From: Octopus vulgaris
Taxonomy: Eukaryota
Reading direction: 5' to 3'
Length of the DNA: 64,000 nucleotides
Assembly (NCBI GenBank): GCA_951406725.2
Contig: OX597816.1
Span: 143,840,001 to 143,904,000, forward strand
Shown: piece by piece, positions 27,319 to 41,505 of the stretch
How positions within the stretch are numbered: the stretch's first letter is position 1
Layout of the letters: each line of letters begins with the position of its first letter
Notes under the pieces: model-generated
Told to the model about the DNA's origin: nothing
Seen by the model: the letters and a program-made list of their open reading frames with translations, nothing else
The model's database searches: none
Program-made: the position numbers and the translations under genes

Positions 27319-28139
27319 ATTCTTTGGTTGTCTTCTACTAGGGGTTCGTCTTCCTCTTCTATCCATTCGCGCTCACTCCGATAGTTTGAAAATATTTCTC
27401 AGTTAGTATCATCGCCCCCTTGTGACAAGATGAGGTGGGGTATTATAGCCTATGGAGATAAAGAAAAGGTGCGCCTGGTCTTTACTTTGCCTGGGCACAA
27501 AGTAACTTTCTTCGTAATCACCTGGATTGTGACCCGTACTGTTCTGCAGATTAGGGTCTGTTGCTATGGCTGCTGCTGTGAATAAATCTCCTCCTACATT
27601 TCTCTCTCACTGTCATTCGGTGGCCATGATTGGGGAAAGTGGTCCTTTGCTGCTCTTGTACGCAGAAATTATTCAATGGGATTTTGCTATCCTATATCAC
27701 TATCATCATTCTTGATTAGTATTTAATTTTATTGACGAAAAGTTGAAAGGCAACGGGACATGCGAAGAATTTGAACTCAGAATGTAGAAAACCGAAACTA
27801 ATGTCGCAAGGCAACTTTGTCGACGTTCTGATTGATGGCTATTAATAGCAAACACAGAAGCAAAAACTCAAAATGGCATGTCTTGGTAGAGATAAACTTA
27901 TAAACCGACACACACACGTATACAATCGCGCTTACACTCTTACACACACACACATACACACACACACGTACATACATACCCCACACTTGCACCGCACCGC
28001 ACGCACACACACATACATGAACTTACATTTCTTTAAATAATTAAAGCTAGTTTATCATTTTCGAACGGAAGTAAATTGAGTGCAGTTGCTCGAATACAGT
28101 TGCATGGCAATGTTAAGGAGGATGGCAACAAGACTGATA

Positions 28140-28520
28140 GTAATAATTGTAGTGGTGGTAAATGTGATGCTGGGTGATGGGTAATGATAATGATGATGAT
28201 TATGATTGTTATGACGATGATGGTTTTTGTATTGATGATAGTTGAAAATAGGAATTATGATGGCAGTGATGATGATTATGATGTGATAGAAGTGATGGTG
28301 ATGGTGGCTGTGGAGAAAATTATCATGATAATCAGAATGATAAATGATAATGTTGATTAGTCCAATGAAAGTATAATGTTGACGATAATATTAATGATAA
28401 GAATCATAATGATGAAGGCAATGACTATGATGAACGCGATGAGGGTAATGACATTAATGATGATGAACATTGTGGAGATAATAATGGTGATGTAAAGAAG
28501 GAGAAGTTGGAGGAAGAGGA
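28140..28520. repeat. Decayed (GAT)n low-complexity tract
   Basis: Repetitive GAT/GGT/AAT triplets. Confidence 0.85.
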
Positions 28521-29584
28521 ATGCGGATAGACGAGATTTGTGCTCAGTATGGTGGTTGAATGTATCTTTTGAATCAAATGGTATGAATCCATATTATGAG
28601 TTAGAACGTGGCAAGTGAGCGTTAGAAGCTTCATAGATAAGATTACTGTAGAACTGCTGATAGTATATATGGGTGGTAGTATCAGCATGCTTCCTTCCGG
28701 TCTTAGATAATTTACATGAATATTTCTAATTTTGTTGCTCTTGAGTTTTATTTTATTTAATTTTTTTTTTTGTATTAGTCTACTGCTTTTCTGCTGTTTG
28801 CTGAAGGAAACGGTCTCTGCCATGGTTTAAATGGAGAATTTCTTGAGCTTTGTGTTCCTGTTTCTGTGTATATTTTATTGTCAGATGTTGAAAATACTGC
28901 TTCTGGTCCATCTTTAGATAAACTCTGAGCAAACAGGCCCATGACCGTAAGGTATTCTAAATGTAACCAACTTGTCTTGTTTTGTCTTTCGATCACAGTG
29001 TATCCAATGTACTGTTACCTGTCGAAGAGGGTCGGTGTGATTTAGAGGAGAGAACCTTTCCTTTATGTGTGGTTGTTGGAAAGATTTATTTTTAAAAATA
29101 AGAGCATTTGTTTACTTATGAATTGGGGGACATATTGCTTGAGTGTATTATTGCAACATATGTTGAAGCTGTTGTGACAATTGTTCATCTAGTTAAATAC
29201 GTTTCTTCGTATGTACTTGTATCGGCGTTCATCCGGTTGTGCATAATCAAGGACAGAGGTCAACTAGACTCTGATGAAATGATCGTTAACCTGTCTCAAT
29301 TCCAGCGGTTAACGCCATCTATGCGTGGACCAGAAATCGATTCAAGATTCGAACGTGCTAATCCATGTTATCATATATCCATCTCGTTGTTTTACGACAT
29401 CCTGAGAGGGGCTGGAGTCTGGTACCACTACAGTGCAGATTAATCTTCTCGTTGAGGATGAAGTGCATAATTATGATAAAGATAACTAAAATTGTAATAA
29501 TTATTTTATTTATGGGGCATGCAATCTGTAATCATTAGGATTTGTATGAAATCTTTTCCATTCTAACCCTCTGTCATCAGAACG

Positions 29585-29687
29585 CGATTTTAAGATACCG
29601 AGAGGTAAGCTGAAAGGGTAACCTGAAATCGCTACACTGGGCTGATTAATGCCTTGCGAGTGAATTTGGTAGACACAAACTGTATGA

Positions 29688-29736
<49 letters not shown>

Positions 29737-30135
29737 GTCTGTCTGTCTGTCTCTGTTTCTGTGTGTCTGTCTATCTGTGTCTGTCTGTCTCTGTCTGTCT
29801 ATCTGTGTCTGTCTGTCTCTGTCTGTCTATCTGTGTCTGTCTGTCTCTGTCTGTGTATCTGTCTGTCTGTCTGTCTGCCTGTCTGTCTGTCTCTCTCTCT
29901 CTCTCACTATATATGCGTGTGTGCGTGCGTGTGTGTGTTTGCCTTTGTTTCCCCCGCCTACTGCCTGACAGTCGATTTGGTTAGTTCATATTCCTGTAAC
30001 CTTGCGGCTCAGCAAAAGACCCGATAGAATAAGTCATATTTTATAGTAATTACTAGAGTTGATTTGTTCGACCTAAACCCTTCATGGTAGAGGTTCGGCA
30101 TGGCCGCATTCTAATGACTGAAACAAGTGATAAAA
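29585..30135 (+). mobile_element. Old SINE family A copy with expanded (TATC)/(TGTC) internal microsatellite
   Basis: GCCTTGCGAGTGAATTTGGTAGAC...GATAGAATAAGT...GCATGGCCGCATTCTAATGACTGAAACAAGT. Confidence 0.65.
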
Positions 30136-30199
30136 GTGATGCGCAAGCAATACGCATTTGGGAGAAGGCTATAATTTAATTAAACTTTTGTACTTTAAG

Positions 30200-30582
30200 C
30201 ATAAGGCCCGAAATATTGGGGCCGGGGCCAGTATATTAGATCGATCCCAGTGCGCAACTGGTACTTAATTTATCGATCCCGAAAGGATGAAAGGCAAAGT
30301 CAATCTCAGCGGAATTTGAACTCAGAGCTTAGCGGCAGACGAAATACCTATTTCTTTACTACCCACAAGGGGCTAAACACAGAGGGGACAAACAAGGACA
30401 GACAAACGGATAAGGTCGATTATATCGACCCAGTGCATAACTGGTACATATTTAATCGACCCCGAAAGGATGAAAGGCAAAGTCGACCTCGGAGGAATTT
30501 GAACTCAGAACGTAGCAGCAGACGAAATACGGCTACGCATTTAGCCCAGCGTGCTAACGTTTCTGCCAGCTCATCGCCTTAT
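30200..30582 (-). mobile_element. Dimeric SINE family B (two units head to tail)
   Basis: CCCGAAAGGATGAAAGGCAAAGTC occurs twice (~30280 and ~30462). Confidence 0.85.
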
Positions 30583-30914
30583 TAATTAAACTGATACGAG
30601 AATGTGGACTGATAGTTATTTACCCCGTAAGCAAAAAGCAAAATGTTAGGATTTAAACTAATAAGTAGAATGTTGTTCCTAAATAGCACTACACATTTCA
30701 TCCTCTTTTTTATCATTTCTGACACCCAATCATATCACAATATAACAAATTGTAGTTACAACAGAAACTGAATTAAAGTAAAAGTGGCAGGAAACGCTCT
30801 AGTACTTGTAGCAATAGTAGATACATATTACTTTTTTGTGAGCAGGTGTCTCTACATAATCACAGGATATGCTAGATATAGCAGCCACATCACCCTTTAA
30901 CTGAACTAAACCCT

Positions 30915-31125
30915 TTCTATTATAGGCACAATTCTGAAATTTTGTGTGGAGAGGATTAGTCAATTAGATCGATCCCAGGGTTCAAATGGTATTTATTTTA
31001 TTGATCCCGAAAGAATGAAAAGCAAAGTTGACCGCGGAGGTATTTGAACTCAGATCTTTAATCCGGAAGAAATGCCACTAAGCATTTTGTTCGGTGTGCT
31101 AACGCTTCTGCCAGCTCTACGCCTT
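30915..31125 (-). mobile_element. SINE family B inserted in an older repeat
   Basis: Family core and head; flanked by a TAAACTGAACT-like duplication (30898-30906 / 31125-31135). Confidence 0.75.
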
Positions 31126-31740
31126 AAACTGAACTCAAATAATGATAGGGGGCTTGCATAATGTTGTCCTACAAATACTCATAAAGACAGAGCGGTCATA
31201 GCTCGAATGCTTTTGATCATTGGTCGGCTCCTCCAGGATTGACTAGGTAAGCAACAGCAACTATAAGAACGACATCAGTTTATACATTTAAGCGTTCTCT
31301 AAAAGATAATGTAGAAACACTTGAGTGGCTTTTAATCTATCTCCGGTTTCATAAATATTTCCCTAAGATAAATACTCTGGAGACTGTCGTGGATCTATTC
31401 ATTAAGCCAATAGGAGGACTTGACCTCAGTTAACGATAAAATCATTAATCTTAAAATAATCTCACTGTTTACAGCTGTGAGTTATACGACGCCATGGTGT
31501 ATACCTTAGCGGATTGACTCATCTGGAAGTTAAGTGTCTTGGTCAGGGACCCAGTGCAGTGTTAGAGAAAAGTACGAATCTTAATTTGATAGTCCGAATC
31601 ATTAATGAGATGCACTCTGCAGCTCTCATTTGTTTTAATGATATATAACGATATGATTTGTTAAATAAACAATTAATAAGGTTTGCTCTCTTGAAAAAAA
31701 AGTTACGATATACGAATTATAATTTTCGACTAGTCATTGA

Positions 31741-31821
<81 letters not shown>

Positions 31822-31825
31822 TATA

Positions 31826-33241
31826 CTAGCAGCTAAGCCCGGTTTCACCTGGTCAGTTTGGATGATGTGGCTGTAAAACCTGCTCTGTGTAAGCATTCGA
31901 CTTGTTTGGGCACACTTGCATTAAAAAACAATTTTAGAATGACTCTTTTTCTGTCAAAACGCTAAAAATAATTGGACAAAAAAAAAAACAACAACCAAGA
32001 TTCAACCAAATCAAAAAATAAACCCAAATACTAAGCGAACAAAGATAAACCATTTCACTTCCATTGCGTGCGCACACGCACACACACACACACACACACA
32101 TACACCCACATACATTCACATACCCCCCCTTTTACATACACACACATATATTCACATAGAGTTGAAACACTGAATTATTTTTTCAGCGTACAATTTTCAT
32201 CATCCCATTACCAAGTATGACATCACCCCTTCCTTCCTTATTCATCTATCACCCCTTCCTTTCTCATTCATAAACACAAGAGTATTATTATAGTAGATTA
32301 TCTCGGTAACCATGGGTGCTATGAAAACAATACAAAGCCCAGCAACACCACCGGATCATTTTACACATGTGTGCAATTTTTCGCGCAATTCCACCCAGCT
32401 GTTTGACCGTAAATCCCAAGACAAGAGAGAATCGTCCATGTCAAATTTATATGTGTATATTTATATATATATACTAGCAGTATCGCCCGGCGTTGCTCAG
32501 GTTTGTAAGGGAAATAACTATAAAGCATTTTTAGAGAGTTATAGCCAAAAAATGGAAAAAAAAATGATGGTAAATTTTTTTTAGTTAAAAAGGTCGAGTT
32601 GCATCCCCTAGACAGTCTGTGGTTTGTGTTTCTGATTCTCGACCCCATGTCGAATTTATCGATTTTTTTCAGAACTGGAGGAACTTTTCAAAATTTTCGC
32701 TGCGTTAGTTTTGAATTATGACATTGGGCTATGTGTGTGTCAAGTTTCATCAGAATCGGTTGAAAGCCGTGGTCAGGGTGAGGGTACAACCTAACAGACA
32801 CACAGAAACACACACAGACAAACTGCCGTTTATATATATAGATATATATATATATATATATATACTAGCAGTATCGCCCGGCGTTGCTCGGGTTTGTAAG
32901 CAGTTTTAGAGATGTAAAGTATAATAGCCATCTCAATATGGCTAACCACAAGGGGGGGTGTTACTGTAGCTTTTTACGTTCTGAGATTTACTAATACATT
33001 TTTAGAGAGTTACTTCCCTTATATATGCCAAAAATGCATTAAAAATGGGAAAAATTGATGGTAATTTTTTTTTAAATCGTAGACTCATCGTAGACGCGCG
33101 CTAATACCCAGAAGGGCTCGATATGAATCCCGACTACAAGATACCCGGTTTTGGTTAAACTGCACCGCAAAATGTGGGAGTAGTTAGGAATCTAAATCGT
33201 AGGAGACAGACAGCACACGACCTCTCTTTTATATATAAAGA
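31826..33241 (-). mobile_element. Tandem cluster of three non-autonomous Helitron-like (Lep1-type) elements
   Basis: CTAG termini at 31826, 32474 and 32865, each beside a GC hairpin (CCCGGCGTTGCTCGGG); opposite ends ...CAGACA...TTTATATA..AGA|T; inserted in (AT)n. Confidence 0.75.
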
Positions 33242-34400
33242 TATATATATATATAACATTGATTGAAGAATCCTTAGAATACAAAAGGCGATAAACACGT
33301 TTATCCTGTGTTCAAGTCTGTCTCTGTAGTTTAAGTGTTATGCTCATTAAACTTCATACTTTATGTAAGAACATTTATAAGAAATTTAGCTAAAAGAATA
33401 TAAAATCGAGATGAAGACACAAATTACTTTCTTCCGAAACAAAGGAGGCATACTTTCTTAGATAGAAAACAATATGCTTTCTTATATAAGTGGTAAAAGT
33501 GAACTGACTGGCTTCAAATAAGAATTGAAAGCGTGTCAGCTTGTTAGAAGTTCATCTATTGCTCAATATAGCTTGATGTTATTTAAACAAAGATATATTG
33601 TTTATTCTGAGTTTTCTCTCTCTACGTCGAGCTGGAAGGCAGATGACGTAGACGGTCTCGATATGACGTATTTCACACTTTATAATCCAGAACTTGATCT
33701 GATACAACTTAGTTTGTTATAAAAGTACGTCAACATAAACGCGTCTATATAAATCCTTGTTAAGTTGAAGCAGTAGTAAAAATCATATATTTTTTATATT
33801 TTCTGATGATTAATTGTTGATTGACGTTAAGAAATGACTGGATAGAGGAAATATTTAATTATGAACTCATGGTTTGCAATTTTAAGACCGCTGCCGGCTT
33901 TCCCTTGTGTCTCCTGAGGATTTGAAATTAATCTTTACCTCCAAAATATAGATGTCGGAAACAGAGACTACAGACTTTCTGACAAAAGCTGATGGGGCTA
34001 GGTTTGCAAGATAACGCCCCCGCCCCACATATGTATGTGTATAGCTTTGATAATGTCAACATACAAGGGATCCATATAGTGATCTCTCATATTGTTTATA
34101 TTTAAATAGAAAGAGGGAGAGAAAGAGAGAGAGAGAGAGTGAGTGAAAGTGATATAGCATAAACATACAGAAGAGTATTTATAATAAAGGAAGTTTTAGT
34201 TCTACTGTGATAATGGATACTAAGGTTGTCTCAGTTTTCCGGTGGCCAAGAAAAGGATCGGCTTTACTTGTTTCAGCGGTCATTACTACTTCATCGGAAA
34301 TCAGTTACTCATTTTCTTGACCAAAAGAGAGATTAATAACTTACAGATATTTGCAATATACCCAAACTCGGATAAACCTTACCAGATCTGTTCTACTTTG

Positions 34401-34459
<59 letters not shown>

Positions 34460-35322
34460 CATTACTATTATGTTAAACTGTCATATGTCCAAATTTGGCC
34501 AAATGCATTTTTTCAATATTTATTTTTGCTGGCAATAGCCGGTTCTTTGGTCAAACTATCGTATCTCCAGTTGTTTCAGATACCAAGATATCAAAAATTG
34601 TCAAACTGTAGTACAGCAGTTTTGCTATGGAATGGTGAAATTATGTTTTCGTTTTCTGAAACAGCAACGTTTTGGACTTACGACACTTTTGCATAACAGC
34701 AACGACATATATTTGTGTGTGTATGCGCATATGTATCATGAGTATTTGACTATTCAGTTGTTTGTAATATATGAAATGCCTTATTGCTAACATAAGCACA
34801 GGGTTAGAAATAGAGCAGAGTGAGACAGAGTCGATTATACTGATGCTGAGATCTGACTGATGCTTTATTATGACAACCAAAAGAATGACAGGTAAAATCG
34901 ACAGCAGCTGAATTTGAACTCAGGACATATAGAGACGTAACAAATTTTCTCCGCCACTTTACAAATTCTGTCAATCCACCACACTTGCAACCACCACTAC
35001 CGTTACTATGATTTTTCATCTTTCCTTCGTTCGTTCTCCTCTTCCCTCGTCTTTTCCCTCTATATTCAAAGAAGAAATATATCCGAAACGTCATACTCTT
35101 ACGCTATAACTCCCATTTTATATATTTTTCCTTCCTTGAGCGTCAACCTAATGTTAACTGTGGATGTCTCATGGACTTTTGTTGTCTTTTGTACTTTTGT
35201 GTTTTGTATTTTATTTGCTCATTTCCTCTCCCTCTCTCCCTATATATATATATATATATGTGTGTGTATGTATGTATGTATGTATGTATGTATGTATGTA
35301 TGTATGTATGTATGTATGTATG

Positions 35323-35353
<31 letters not shown>

Positions 35354-36278
35354 TACGTGCACATGCAGATACCCAATATATATATACTCATTATTAAAGC
35401 CTGAAGCACTGCAATATTTTCTTAATTTTGTAGCTTCAGTGCAGTAGGAAGAAAACAAAAACCTAATTGTAAATGCTAGTTCTTTCAAAGGAATAAAGAA
35501 GATCATTCAAATAAAGAATTAATTTCTCAAATTAATTTAAACGACCCGAGAAAGAACAGTATGCTCTTTGTTTTCAGACAAGTGACAGTTGTGGACACAT
35601 GTTTCGGCCAATTTAACATCGTCAGTATATACGGTCTACTGAAGTCAGCAGATCAGTAGGTAGAACTTCTTTTAGCATATAAAAAAGGAGGAACGCGTCT
35701 TTAAATATACATATCTTTTTTTTTTTTTTTAGAATAATTGGTATATCAAGAAATAAAAAGAGCTTAGAGAAATGTTACAAAGATAGCAACAAAATTAATT
35801 TTAATAATTAAGTTAAGCGTAAGTAACGTGCGCAATAAATTCATTAATTTATTCAAAAGAGGAGGCCGTATTAAGCGGCGATATCAAATAGACCGAAATA
35901 TGTTTATGGCTGTCTTTTGCCTCTATACAAAGATCACATTTTTCTTTCTGTAAGCATATATATTAACGTCAAAAAATTAATTTATACATTTTTATATAGA
36001 TTATTTCTTTCATCTTTTATCTAAATTACCGTCCATACTTAATTAGCGAATTTCATGCCATTGGACACTTTGAGTTACTTTTCTTAGCTGTTTTTTATTT
36101 CATCATGCAAATTATTCTTAACCTATAATTTACATAACTATTTCTATATGTCAAAACCTCTCCACTGTTCTTCAGGCTTCAAAAGACTGTAGGACACTAC
36201 ACACACACACACACACACAGAGGCGCGCGCACCTATATACACATACACACACACATTCATATGTATGTATGTAAGTAT

Positions 36279-36331
<53 letters not shown>

Positions 36332-36387
36332 CATATACATAAATACATATATATACATATATATATATGTGTGTGTGTGTGTATATA

Positions 36388-36560
36388 CATAACACCAAAG
36401 ATTCTTTGAAAGCTGCCATAGTCAGAGTAATGTCCAAAATGAAGCAGGACCATTTGATTCGAGCATGTAAAGGATTTAGATCTCATATAGAAGCAGTTAT
36501 TGAAGCTGAAGGTGGCGTTTAACATTACAGAATAGAAGGTTTATTTTTATCCTCATAACA
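36388..36560 (+). mobile_element. C-terminal remnant of a Tc1/maT-type transposase
   Basis: Translation HNTKDSLKAAIVRVMSKMKQDHLIRACKGFRSHIEAVIEAEGGV*. Confidence 0.75.
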
Positions 36561-36578
36561 TTTTTTTATTGTTATATG

Positions 36579-36626
<48 letters not shown>

Positions 36627-36706
36627 CATAAAATAAATCACGACCAACACCTTCATGACCATTACTACGATGGATGTATTTCTCCTCTTGGTCATCATCA
36701 TCATTA

Positions 36707-36757
<51 letters not shown>

Positions 36758-36954
36758 TCCTAACACATACTTCTGTCACCCCTATCTTGCTCCTATTGGT
36801 TTAGCTATCTTTCTACCAAGCTGTTTTCTGTTGGAATCATTCTTATAAGAAATCACACGCACACACAGATCACCTATTATACATACATGCATGTAAGCAC
36901 ATATCTAAAGATACCCCGCACTCACACGCATAAGTATATGTAATTATGTATATA

Positions 36955-37172
36955 TGAGGGGGTGATAAAAAGTTCCTGGCTTTGGATAAAAGAAAATACA
37001 GGAGGATCAGTTAATTATAATTTTATTCTAACAAATTCCCCCCTCAGATTCCCGCACATTTTGCAGCGGTCCTTCAGTTTTTCTAAGCCCTGTAAAAGAA
37101 CTTGGAAGTTTGGGCCTCCAGCCATGCCTTTCATGATAGTATTAAAGCCAGGAACTTTTCAGCACTCCCTCG
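36955..37172 (+). mobile_element. Mariner-derived MITE
   Basis: TIRs GAGGGGGTGATAAAAAGTTCCTGGCTTT / AAAGCCAGGAACTTTTCAGCACTCCCTC with TA flanks; second copy at 45092. Confidence 0.85.
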
Positions 37173-37184
37173 TATGTATATATA

Positions 37185-37426
37185 CTCTTACTCTTTACTC
37201 TTTTACTTGTTTCAGTCCTTTGACTGTGGCCATGCTGTATATATATATATATATATACATATATACGACAGGCTTCTTTCGGTTTCCGTCTACCAAATCC
37301 ACTCAGAAGACATTGGTCGGCCCGGGGCTACAGCAGAAGACACTTGCCCAAGATGCCACGCAGTGGGACTGAACCCGGAACCATGTGGTTGGTTAGCAAG
37401 CTACTTACCACACAGCCACTCCTGCG
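37185..37426 (-). mobile_element. SINE family A, internally deleted
   Basis: Tail stub joined through (TA)n to body and head. Confidence 0.85.
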
Positions 37427-37521
<95 letters not shown>

Positions 37522-38490
37522 TTTTAATACTTTTGATATATATTTAAAATAATATAAATTAATTAATTTTATGTATTGGCTTATGTTTTTCATTGTTTGA
37601 TTTGCCTAATAGTGGTTTTATCTCTAATTTAATATAATATAATATATTTATACTATAAAATTGGATTTAATCTTAAATCTGATTTTTCCCTGTAAATTTG
37701 GATTTATTCCCTAATATTTTATTATATATATATATATGCAAAGATATATGCATACATGTACTCACATTTACAGCTATGTGAGTAAATATGTACATTCATT
37801 CACATATCCTATACACGTATGTACACATAAAATCAGATATAAATTCATAAAACAAATTGACGTTTTGGTGCTAGTGTTTCGTTGAGTCCACGTGCTAGTT
37901 CCTATGATGTAAATGGTTGTCAACATGTCCATGTGTGCGCGCACGCCTGTCTGTTTATGTCAGGTCGGGTGTGTGTATGTCTTCAGAGTGAGTTTGTTTG
38001 CTTCGGTTAAATTAGTAAGCCAACAAGAATAACTCTTCTGTGTTGCATGTTGTCGTTTATAGCTTTCAAGTGTTGGTTATATGATTGTCACAAAAGCGGA
38101 AAACTACTCGGAAACGTATAATACATAGCTTGTTTTTTTTTTGTATTTTTTTTTAATATATATAAGTATTTCGAATGTCGTCTGTCTGATTCATCCGTCA
38201 TCAACATTGTATGAATTATCAATTTATTATTATTTTCTTTTTACTTCAGAGTTGGAAAAGACCACTAGAATGAAAACAAAAAATCATCTTTATGTCAGAG
38301 TTCACAAAATTTAGTATCCGCTTTAACGTACCTCTGGTCAACGAGGCGACAGCAGACACCGACGTTAACAGTACCCTCAATGACTTAATTCATATTCTAT
38401 AATAGAGTTGTTTGTATAGTACTTCTACACAGACACACACACACGCACACACACTCACCCGCCCACATATATACATAGACACATACACAC

Positions 38491-38538
<48 letters not shown>

Positions 38539-38540
38539 AA

Positions 38541-38840
38541 ACTTGGCTCAGTGGTTAGAGTGTCGATTCCCTGACTGGGCTGCGTGTTGTGTTCTTGAGC
38601 AAGACACTTTATTTCACGTTGCTTCAGTTCACTCAGCTGTAGAAAAGAGTTGCGACGTCACAGGTGCCAAGCTGTATCGGCCTATGCCTTTCCCTTGGAT
38701 AACATCGGTGGCGTGGAGAAGGGAGGCTGGTATTTTTGGGCGACTACTGGTCTTCCATAAACAGCCTTGCTCGGACTTGTGCTTCGGAGGGTACCTTTGT
38801 AGGTGCAATCCCATGGTCATTCATGACTGAAGGGGGTCTC
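38541..38840 (+). mobile_element. tRNA-derived CORE-type SINE (family C)
   Basis: A-box TGGCTCAGTGG; CORE-like GTGTTCTTGAGCAAGACACTTTA. Confidence 0.75.
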
Positions 38841-38872
38841 GAATATACATATATACATGCACACACAAACTT

Positions 38873-38926
<54 letters not shown>

Positions 38927-38990
38927 CGAGTAACATGTTTTGTTATATTTCTGCTGCTTTTAAATAAAGCATATTACTCTACCTCTGGTA

Positions 38991-39021
<31 letters not shown>

Positions 39022-39039
39022 ATATATACTCACAAATAC

Positions 39040-39098
<59 letters not shown>

Positions 39099-39101
39099 TA
39101 T

Positions 39102-39148
<47 letters not shown>

Positions 39149-39231
39149 CATACATATATATACATGTATATATTATTAGTTTTAAAAATGGAGAGATTCG
39201 ATGAATATAAATGAATTTATTAATTATCATC

Positions 39232-39285
<54 letters not shown>

Positions 39286-40564
39286 CACATACTTTACACA
39301 CACACACACACATATGAGACAAACAGGCAACTTTTGAGTTCGTATCTTGCTGCCAGCTTTTCGTTGCAATGCAGATAGTTTACTTCCTCAGATTATTAGG
39401 GAGAGGTAGTAGAATGCCTGGGCTATTTGTATGAGGTATTTACTAACATTCCTTTATGTTCTTACCGAGTTCGACTTTTGGTTTTAATCCGTTCAAGTTC
39501 AATAAAAAGTTCACAAGCCGGATTTATTCAGTCGACTTAACCTTCCTCTAAAAGTAATAGGATAGGATATGGAATGTCTTACTCACCAATATTCCATTGT
39601 GAATGGTAGCAAGCATAGACGTGAACTTTTTAACTTAACATAACCAGTGAGTTTTTACTCATCCAAAGTTTTGGTCTTGTGCCTGAATTTGAGACAATTA
39701 TTTGTTGAGGATGTAATTAGTACAGATGTTAGAAATTTGAACAAAATGTCGTGTTATTTAATTATGTAGCTTTATGCGAAAGGCGGCGGAATATCAGAAT
39801 CGCTAGAGGGTTGGACAAAATATTATGCAATATCTAATTACGGCCCTTTTCGTTCGGAGTTCAAATCCTACCGAAGTCGAATTTGGCGTTCATCTTCCAA
39901 CATGCATAAAATAATGCACCAGTCAAACACTGAGGTCAGTAGGATCGACTGTACACCTTCCACCAAAAGCCTAACTATTTTTCCCGCTTCTATACAGCAC
40001 ATTCATAAGATATGAACAAATGGCTCACCTTTTTATAACAACTTACGACTTTTACTAAGAACCACTCGCCTATGTAATTACGTACAAAATATCTCTCAAA
40101 ACAAAGCAATACAAACATACATAAGCACTACACAACACATATCCAACGTGTATAAGCTCATATAACATCCACTCTTACTCATTACACATATTCATACACA
40201 TACAACCAGCTACATTTGCAACAAACTCCGTTCGTATATATCTCACATGTATCTCTTATTCCGTTCTCTCACCTGGTGATACTTTTCATTTCTTCTACTA
40301 TTTGCTTCTCCCTTTCAGTCTACGTGACTGATGAAAACGCATAAATTTCTCCTCTTCTTAAAATTTTCTTTTCATTTCTCGCCTTTTACCCCACTCCTTT
40401 CCTCGTCGAAGGACGACTGTCCGAAGGTTCAAAATTCTATTTCTCCCTTACAATGCAAAACTAAAATTCTATACTATGAACTTTTGTTCGTTGTGTTTTT
40501 CTGACGTTGACTACGTTCTAGGTTACATAGGAATGCACCCACTTTAGATTACACTGGTTTTATT

Positions 40565-40771
40565 AGCGAGCTGGCAGAATCGTTAGCACGCTGAGCAAGA
40601 TACTTAACGTCATTCCGTTCGACTTTACGTTCTGAGTTCACATTCTGCAGTAGTCGACTTTGCTTTTCAGTCTCTCGGAGTCGATAAAATAGGTACCAGT
40701 TGAACACTTGGATCAATGTAATTGGCTTAGCCCTTCCCCAAACTTACTGGCCTTGTGCTAAAATTTGAAAC

Positions 40772-40834
<63 letters not shown>

Positions 40835-41063
40835 CATCATTAAGGCAGCGAGCTTGCAGAGTCGTTGTCGCGCCGGAAAAATTGCTTAACGGCATTTCTT
40901 CTGACTTTACGTTCTAAGTTCAAATTCCGTCGAGACCGACTTTGCCTTTCACCTTACGGAGTCGATAAAATAAGTACTAGTCGAGTTGTGAGATCGATGT
41001 AATCGATTTACCGCCCCCACCCCGAAATTGTTGGCTTAGTACCAAAAATTGAAATCATTATTC
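40565..41063 (+). mobile_element. Two tandem SINE family B copies separated by (TTA)n
   Basis: Heads GCGAGCTGGCAGAATCGTTAGC and GCGAGCTTGCAGAGTCG; core GACTTTGCCTTTCA..CGGAGTCGATAAAATAAGTAC. Confidence 0.85.
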
Positions 41064-41505
41064 GGATCTTTTCGGTTTGAACTGCAGTATTTAACATAAT
41101 TTCTAGGTAACTAAAAAAATTTTAAACTTCGTATACTGGTAGAATGTGTTTATAAAACATCTTTTTCTCTTGGCTTTATTGAGAAAATTCTATAGTTTGT
41201 AAGATATTTGTTGTTATTTTTCTTCAATTTCTGCAATTTCAACCAATCACTGACGTCCATTGAGGTAAAAAAAAAAACATTCTGTGCCGTATGAATATGT
41301 TCCTCGTTTAAGAAACAGATTGGGTTTATTTACATTTGTGAAGAAAAAAGATACACTTCCCCCCACCCTAACCCTAACCCTAACCCTAACTAACCCTAAC
41401 CCTAAAACAGATTGAAATGCAATAGGTCGATACTAGGGTCATAATTATGGGTGATAATTTCATATGACACCGCTAGAAAAACTACCGTTCAAACCGAAAA
41501 GATCC
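41064..41505. mobile_element. MITE with 19-bp perfect TIR and 8-bp TSD (Merlin-like), containing telomeric repeats
   Basis: TIR GGATCTTTTCGGTTTGAAC / GTTCAAACCGAAAAGATCC; TSD CATTATTC at 41056-41063 and 41506-41513. Confidence 0.9.
41366..41406. repeat. Interstitial (CCCTAA)n telomere-type repeat
   Basis: CCCTAACCCTAACCCTAACCCTAACTAACCCTAACCCTAA. Confidence 0.9.

Noticed and set aside
28700-29460. QYIGYT-like text suggesting a GIY-YIG nuclease
   Set aside because: No upstream GIY/VVY element or conserved Arg/Glu/Asn spacing; too decayed to assign
38249-38396. Exon-like segment with splice-like sites on both strands
   Set aside because: Stops in all frames from the best acceptors; cannot be supported without transcripts
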